Positions 19,976-25,995 of a stretch of 25,995 nt of DNA are shown piece after piece (position 1 is the stretch's first letter; the number at the start of each line of letters is the position of its first letter). Source of the DNA: Lepidodermella squamata (lineage: Eukaryota > Animalia > Gastrotricha); contig JBLDXI010000131.1 in NCBI GenBank assembly GCA_047495785.1, positions 1-25,995 of the forward strand, given 5' to 3'. The notes under the pieces were generated by a model. That model saw only the letters and a program-made list of their open reading frames with translations, was not told the origin of the DNA and did not search any database. The translations under genes and the position numbers were made by a program.

Positions 19976-21302
19976 GGGTGATTCCACCGTTACGGACAGA
20001 GGTTTCGTGTCAGTTTGAAATTTTCGAAATAATTTCTTGTTTAAACTATAAGCATTCATCACTTGGATTTTTTACCAAGCTTTACAAATGACTTCCTGGT
20101 CATTTAAAAAAAACGTTTGTACTAGTTTGATCATTTTTAATTGGACAGTGACCTAATATATGAGCCCGTTACGGACAGAGGTGCTTTGTACACCGAAAAC
20201 GTACCCCTTTTTTGAAAAAGAATCTGTAATCAAATTGTTGTGTGATTCAGCATTATTTCCTTCCAAAGCATTGGTAATATGATCAAAAAGAAAAAACACG
20301 AATTATTTTGTACTCGACAAACATGGTTATGGCTATAGCTGAGTTGAAGTCCGTTACGGACAGAGATTGCCATTTCGTTACGGACAGAGGTATTTGACAG
20401 TGTCAAATTCGTCTATAAACAAAGTTCTGATCATTATTCTGATTGAAGATTCCGAATCTACGGGTCTGATTACCCTAGGTATAATCAATAAACCGTATCG
20501 CGGGGTCATGGGGAACTCAGGGGTGAGGTGCTAACACCTAACACACCTACCCTAAAACAGGTGTTTTGCACCCAATTGCAAGGGAAACAGCCAAGAATCA
20601 ACATGTAAATTAATTGTTTTTATAATACCGTTAAATGATCCAGCAAAACTCATTGGATATCAATTACTTTAACTAAATCGACCAAGGCGAGTTCAATTCT
20701 TCAATCAGATTTTTATTATCTGTCACCGCCTTCAACCCATCCCATTTTTATAATTTGTCTAATTTTCGTAGAAGGCGCGATTCTCTGTCCGTAACGGGTG
20801 GGTGGGACTCTAACTACGTAGGCTAGTAAAGCTGAAGAGGTCTCATTTGAAGCGTCTAAGCGGCTAGAAATAAGGAAAATTTACTATTCACCGCTTAGCG
20901 CAGTTGTCTTGTCAAAAAAATTGAAAATGTGAGAAAACGTTACGGACAGAGATATTTTGACAGGTTTGTCAAATATTACGCAACGAACAATTTTAAAAAA
21001 CATGACACCGGATGTCACATTGATTTTTGAAGCCTTACGCCCCATGTTAGTCAAAAAACAACTCGCCGGTTAGGGCAGTATGTATGTATTTCAACTAAAT
21101 CGCTCTGAAAAATGTTTAAAATAGCATTGATTTTTGATAAAAATATTGGGTTACGCAATCGTGTCAAAATGTCAAAAAATTGTCCAGAATTCCATAGAAA
21201 TCACACAGCCTGGGTCAAGAGCTATCTGACGATATGCAACACTTGGTCTGAATGTGAAATTTATAAATCGATGAAAAGTGATGTTTTCTCGTGGAATCAC
21301 CC
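19976..21302. mobile_element. Non-autonomous DNA transposon, 1327 bp, 12-bp TIRs, ATAT (or AT) target duplication
   Basis: GGGTGATTCCAC (19976-19987) and GTGGAATCACCC (21291-21302), flanked by ATAT at 19972-19975 and 21303-21306. No convincing ORF; internal repeated motifs. Confidence 0.75.
19988..20951. repeat. Six exact copies of CGTTACGGACAGAG
   Basis: Forward copies at 19988, 20167, 20352, 20376 and 20938; reverse copy at 20783-20796. Confidence 0.95.
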
Positions 21303-24300
21303 ATATATTGGATTCGAAGGAGTACATAACGCGTTATGTTCGACGCGAATCCACTATGTATGTTAACGTTCGGTGGGACAAAACGAGCCGGACCGGGTAG
21401 GATAGCTAGACAGCAAGGGTGAATTTCTAAAATTAAAAATTCATTAAAAATCCATTTATAAAATTAAAAAATATGTTCACTAACGTTTTGCATGCGTTTT
21501 GCAAAAATCATTGCTATTTATTCATTTTTCGATACCGCGATTTAATTCACGCATCATTTTTGCGGTTGCTTTCACGGAAAATTGCTTATATGGGACGCCC
21601 CGCCCCATTAGAACACGTGGCTTCGAAGCTGAAGAAGATGAAGAAGCTGATTAAGAGCGTACGCTGTTCCAGGCAGTCCAGTGTGTCTTGTTGCTGGTCT
21701 TGCTGTTGGACTACAACGCTGTCCGCGCCTAACAATCGGTTTATTTGGAAGAAGTTCAATTCCGAACTGCGAATAGGATCAAAAGAGCGCTCTACAAGCG
21801 TGTGAAGTTATTGGGCGAGCATTCCATTGACGCTTTGGTGAAGAACGCAGTGTCGAGATTAAAAAAATTCTCACCGGTCACTGCGTGCGGAAATGTACCT
21901 GGTGGACTAGCTATGCCCAATGAAGTAATACCAGAAAGAGCGATGCATTAATGAATGCTTCAATTATCGAATGTTGAAGCCGGAGGAGCAGCCTCGCCCA
22001 TGCTTTCCTGGATCGGAGATGGAGGCTTTTGGATGATCCCAGCGCGAGCAATCAACAATGCAAGCTAGTAGTTGAGTCGAACGGAAATGTGAATGCCTTC
22101 ATCCCCCTCTATCAGTTCCGCCCTCCTATGGACCTTGGCCACGATGCCATTACGTTTTGAAAATTACCACTGTCGGCCTGCGGCCTTTGACAGTTGACGG
22201 GGAACTCCGTGACTTTGTCAAGCACATGGGCACGTGTGACCTTGAACATGCACAACCTAAGACCTAAGTAAAACATCCTTGACTTGCTGCCCAGCTTTGC
22301 GCATGATCATGTAGCGTGTCACCCACGTGCGACGAAGGCTTAATTCCCCAATGGAATTGATACTTAATTTGATAGTAACCGCCAACTACACCACTTTAGG
22401 TACCCAACTACATGCAGCACATTTACGGATCCGTGGTGGTTTCCTCCGGCTGCTAAAAACCTCGAAATTGGCCGTTAACGATGAAAATTGTAGCGCACTC
22501 ACGCCATTGGTCGGCCCAAAAATTGGCAAAGCGACAGAAAACCGCGCACTTATGCCAGCCTTCAATAAAACGTCCAAGAACTTGGCTGTTTTTATTTATT
22601 TTCTTGTATTTTCGCGGACACAGGCAGGGACTTGTCGGCTTTCTCGTAATAGGAATTTGTGTAAGCATAATAAAGGTATCGAAATTTGAAAAAATGAAGA
22701 CTTTCTAATTCGTTTCCCGTTCGATTAGCAGAGGAAAATGATGGTTTAATATTGTGTGATAATTTAAATTTGAAACGTTTTTTTGGTTGATGATGAAAAT
22801 ATAAAAGTAAAAAGTCCGCATTTGAGACTTAATAGCTACAGTTGCAGAAGATTATCTATACATCGCTTATTCAATGAGTTTTTCTAGTTTTCTAAAAATT
22901 ATTGCTGGAATTTTGAACATGTTCCCGTGTCTTTTTTCAGTGATCGCGGTTTGCTGTGCTAAAATGCTCTTCTATTAAAAAATGCTCGCTCTGCCGACTG
23001 AGATAAAAACTACAAAGAAGCGAAAAACTAGCAGTAATAAAAGTACTACTATTTACTATCATTGAGTTTTTTCATGTCGCACGTTAATTGCTGTCGATTT
23101 TCATTATTTTATGAGCGAATATTTTCTCAACTGCGGGTAAACAGCCATTTTAAGCCACTGAAGATGCGGAAGGAATTTCATCTACCAGCAATTTTAATCA
23201 ATTTATTTTGAATTATGAAAAATTATTCTACGAATTTTAGATTTTTGTTATCGGATTTTTAGAATGAATGAAATTCATTTTGAGGCAGACAAAACGGGGA
23301 CGAAAACGTCGTCAGTTTTGCCACCTTGCATCGTAGATAATTTGCCGAATTATTTTCAAGAAAAAGCTGTTCTGATGAAGCTAGTTTTCGAATCTGAAGC
23401 CAAGTGGTCGATGAAACTTCGAATGGCAATGGGTTCAGGTGAATGGGCTGGTCTCAAGATGGATCTTGAGCAAACTTTGGACGTGCAATTTAAGGCGGCT
23501 TCTCAAGTTTCTCGTAAACTTAAACAAGTCAAGGTACGGGCTCGAGAAGACTTAGTTTGCGATCATGCAGACCATAATTCCGGTCCTCATTTGTCTAAGC
23601 GTCGAAATGCTACTGAGGGTGAGGTAGCTGTTCGGAAAGCCACTACTAAGAGTGGCGCCCCATTTGCTAGTAAAGTCACCGATTGCGAGTGTTCCATTTC
23701 TTTTATCGAGAAAGCCCCTCTTGTCAATGGCGACGACCCTCGGATTCGAGATGCGGCTAGAAAGCGCCTGCACAACGATCCGCTGCTTCTGAGTCATCCT
23801 ACGGAGATTCAAATCGATTGGCATCACAATCATAATATCGGGACCCTGTCAGCTTTAAGGTGGAGGAGGGTACCACAGACTTTGAAGGATGAGATGGCCG
23901 AATATCTGAAGCAATATGGGACAGTTGCCATGGCTTCAACTGCGTTTCTCAATGCCTTGGAAGAGAAGCACAACGGCGAGGATTGGCTGAAGATCAGCAG
24001 CAATCGATCGATTTGTCCGACCAAAACTGACTGGCATCATTTGGCTACGAGCATTCAAGTCGCTGAACATGGCGGTCGAGGCGGCGAATCAATGTTGGAA
24101 AAATTGCAGGAATTCGCCGATCAGCACCCTGATATTGCTGATTTTTCTAAAAGTCGCACTTCTTCTGGAGAGGATATCTGGTGCCTGATTATCCAAACAG
24201 GACTTATGAAAAGGGTCCTGGAAAATGTGGAGGAGGCTAAGGATACTTTATTTGTTGATTCAACAGCGAGCTGTGAACTACTCAATAAACCCTTGACCTT

Positions 24301-24524
24301 ACTTGTCAGCGGGTCTTCACTCGGGGCCCTGCCTATTGCGACGGCCATTCACTCTTCTCAAACCGAAGACTGCTATAAGTAGGTTGCTCCAACTCACGAA
24401 TCATTTTTAATTTTAATTTTAATTATTTATTAATTTGTTTTCGTGTAATTCAAAAAATCTGGAAATTGTTTTTTAAATTAAATTAAAAAATGATTGTTTA
24501 ATTTTCTGAAAATGCATAAATATC

Positions 24525-24976
24525 TGTTGTACGCCTATACGGTATTTAAGCCTTTAGGGTATGAGCATTGTATTCAACCGAAACAATGGCCAAACCGTGA
24601 GGGTCACCATCGATCATCATATATCAATCGATTGCTGTAATTAAGGGCTATCGATTGGTGCCAAATCGAATTCCGCGCGGAACTTTTGGAAATATGATTT
24701 TTGCCTTCAAAGTTAAAAAAATGCGGAAAATTTGCGTTTTTTGGCCAAAACTTTACCCTGAGTGTGCCGCGCGGAATTCGATTTGGCACCAATCGATAGC
24801 CCTTAATTACAGCAATCGATTGATATATGATGATCGATAGTCACCCTCACGCCTCACGGTTTGGCCGCTATGACAGTTTAAAATATTGCTTATCCCGTAT
24901 AAATTATATCTAAGCTTATACGGTATAGGCTTAAGCCTATACCGTATAAGCTTAGATCCTCTATAGGCGTACAACA
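24525..24976. mobile_element. 452-bp fold-back MITE-like element with TGT..ACA ends, 15-bp TIR and 4-bp TSD (TATC), in the transposase intron
   Basis: TGTTGTACGCCTATA (24525-24539) and TATAGGCGTACAACA (24962-24976), with TATC at 24521-24524 and 24977-24980. Internal inverted repeats 24588-24680 / 24767-24866. Confidence 0.8.
24908..24957. repeat. Perfect 50-bp spacerless palindrome
   Basis: ATCTAAGCTTATACGGTATAGGCTT|AAGCCTATACCGTATAAGCTTAGAT is its own reverse complement. Confidence 0.97.
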
Positions 24977-25461
24977 TATCCATTTTCAAATATTAAGGAT
25001 ATATTCCAATTTTTTTCTCAGTAATTTTCTTAAATTTTTTGCTTTCTCGATGGCAAAAAAACGCGGCATAGACCCGAAAGTTGTCATCACTGATGATAGT
25101 GATGCTGAGCAAGCTGCTCTAGGGTCTGTCTTTCCAAATGCCCGTCGCCTTCTTTGCGCGTTTCAAATCCTTCAGGTAATTTTGTTTGTTTGTTGATGGT
25201 ATATAATTTAACCGGTTATAAAATCAAGGCTATTTGGCGGTGGCTGATTAACTGGAAGAATAAAATTGGAATTGATGACGCCATCACCTTAATTGAACGT
25301 AAATTTTCTCAATTTCCGCAAAATAATTATTTCTCTCTTTCTTGATTATTTCAAATTTCAAGTGGTTCACGACCTTGTTTATGCATCAGACGATGAAGCG
25401 TATCAGAGGGCTAGATCGGCTGTACTGCAGTCCAGCGAGGAAAGTAGGCCGGCCAACCTAC

Positions 25462-25995
25462 CAGGGACGCAGTTTATCTGTAAAAAATTTGCCGTTCGCT
25501 CGCTATGCTCGCTCGCGAACTATTCTCGAGCTATCTCTTATTATCGAGTATCGGATCATTAGTTTTCAATTTTCATTTTCCCCCGATAAGCCTGAAATTG
25601 TCTTTTGATCTTCGAATTCTTTGAACATAGAATTTTACTTCCTAACTGTGTTTTGCGAGCGAAAAGCGAGCTTTAGTTGACGCTATTTTTTGATATTTTG
25701 CCGCAAGAATGGACTGAAAATGGTCAAAATCTCGTTCAAATTCAAAAATAAAAGCTAAATCGACCTGAATTCACCGAATAAGGACTTGAAACTAATCACC
25801 TTTAGATGAATACAACATATTTTTCGAAGTTGGTAACGAACGAAGTTTTCAACCCAAGTTAATACTTCTGTTCTATCCTGAAAGTCGAGCGCAATTTTCC
25901 AATTAGCAAGCGCTATGATCATAGCGAGCGAAGCGAGCTTAGCTAAACATATTTTGCCGTAAATAAGGCTGAAAATAGCCTCTGCCACACTCATT
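25462..25995. mobile_element. Probable second insertion truncating the MULE transposase (possibly hAT-like end CAGGG); other end not in the window
   Basis: Abrupt change from coding to AT-rich sequence at CAGGGACGCAG. Recurrent GCGAGCGAAGCGAGC-like motifs (25495-25519 reverse, 25655-25671, 25924-25938) and TTTGCCG (25488, 25697, 25953). Confidence 0.45.

Larger units (their letters stand above)
23263..25461 (+). pseudogene. Mutator/MULE-type DDE transposase, intron-containing, probably inactivated; exons ~23263-24378, ~25022-25175, 25229-25298, 25363-~25461
   Basis: N-terminal C/H motifs (VCDH...DCEC...HHNH) resemble the WRKY/GCM1-type DNA-binding domain. First catalytic Asp in LFVDSTASC...GALP, second in VITDDSDAE...VFPNARRLLCAFQILQ|AIWRWL, then LVYA. 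The 53- and 64-bp introns are phase-consistent. The CxxH motif reads CAFQ, and coding similarity is lost after ~25461. Confidence 0.85.

Noticed and set aside
19988-20951. CRISPR-like array of repeated 14-mers
   Set aside because: Repeats are too short, irregularly spaced and in mixed orientation. There are no cas genes, the context is eukaryotic, and the repeats lie inside a TIR element.
21473-22710. Short ORFs and coding-like composition (21473-21951, 22327-22708) and an imperfect hairpin near 22186-22221
   Set aside because: No recognisable domain, and frames are broken by stops. It may be decayed TE or gene sequence but cannot be supported without a search.
24641-24806. Separate TTAA-flanked (Kolobok/piggyBac-like) element inside the MITE
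   Set aside because: The inverted repeat continues perfectly beyond both TTAA sites, so they are internal to the stem rather than a target duplication.
24604-24840. Paired ORFs starting MVPNRIPRGT on opposite strands
   Set aside because: A by-product of the MITE's internal inverted repeat.

Overview
Eukaryotic (metazoan-type) DNA with very short GT-AG introns, so the ORF track splits most genes at introns. Positions 1-19026 form a large inverted duplication: left arm 1-7477 (runs off the window edge), unique spacer 7478-11535, right arm 11536-19026. The right side carries a compact cluster of three sensory-type receptor genes. These are a 5'-truncated PKD1-family polycystin (+, 7478-12771), an intact six-exon receptor guanylyl cyclase (-, 12904-16653, about 1162 aa) and an intronless class C GPCR with GABA-B-like architecture (+, 17301-19700), head-to-head with the cyclase. 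The left arm mirrors these. The only arm difference I found is a 30-nt to 16-nt replacement at 5377-5392, which frameshifts the left cyclase just before its catalytic domain. The fold-back junction at 7477/7478 cuts inside the polycystin reading frame and leaves it just downstream of, and co-oriented with, the broken cyclase copy. The region 19.9-26 kb is nested transposon DNA: a 1.3-kb non-autonomous TIR element with six 14-mer repeats, and a decayed intron-containing MULE transposase carrying a 452-bp TGT..ACA fold-back element and a further repeat insertion. An assembly or amplification artefact for the inverted duplication cannot be excluded from sequence alone.
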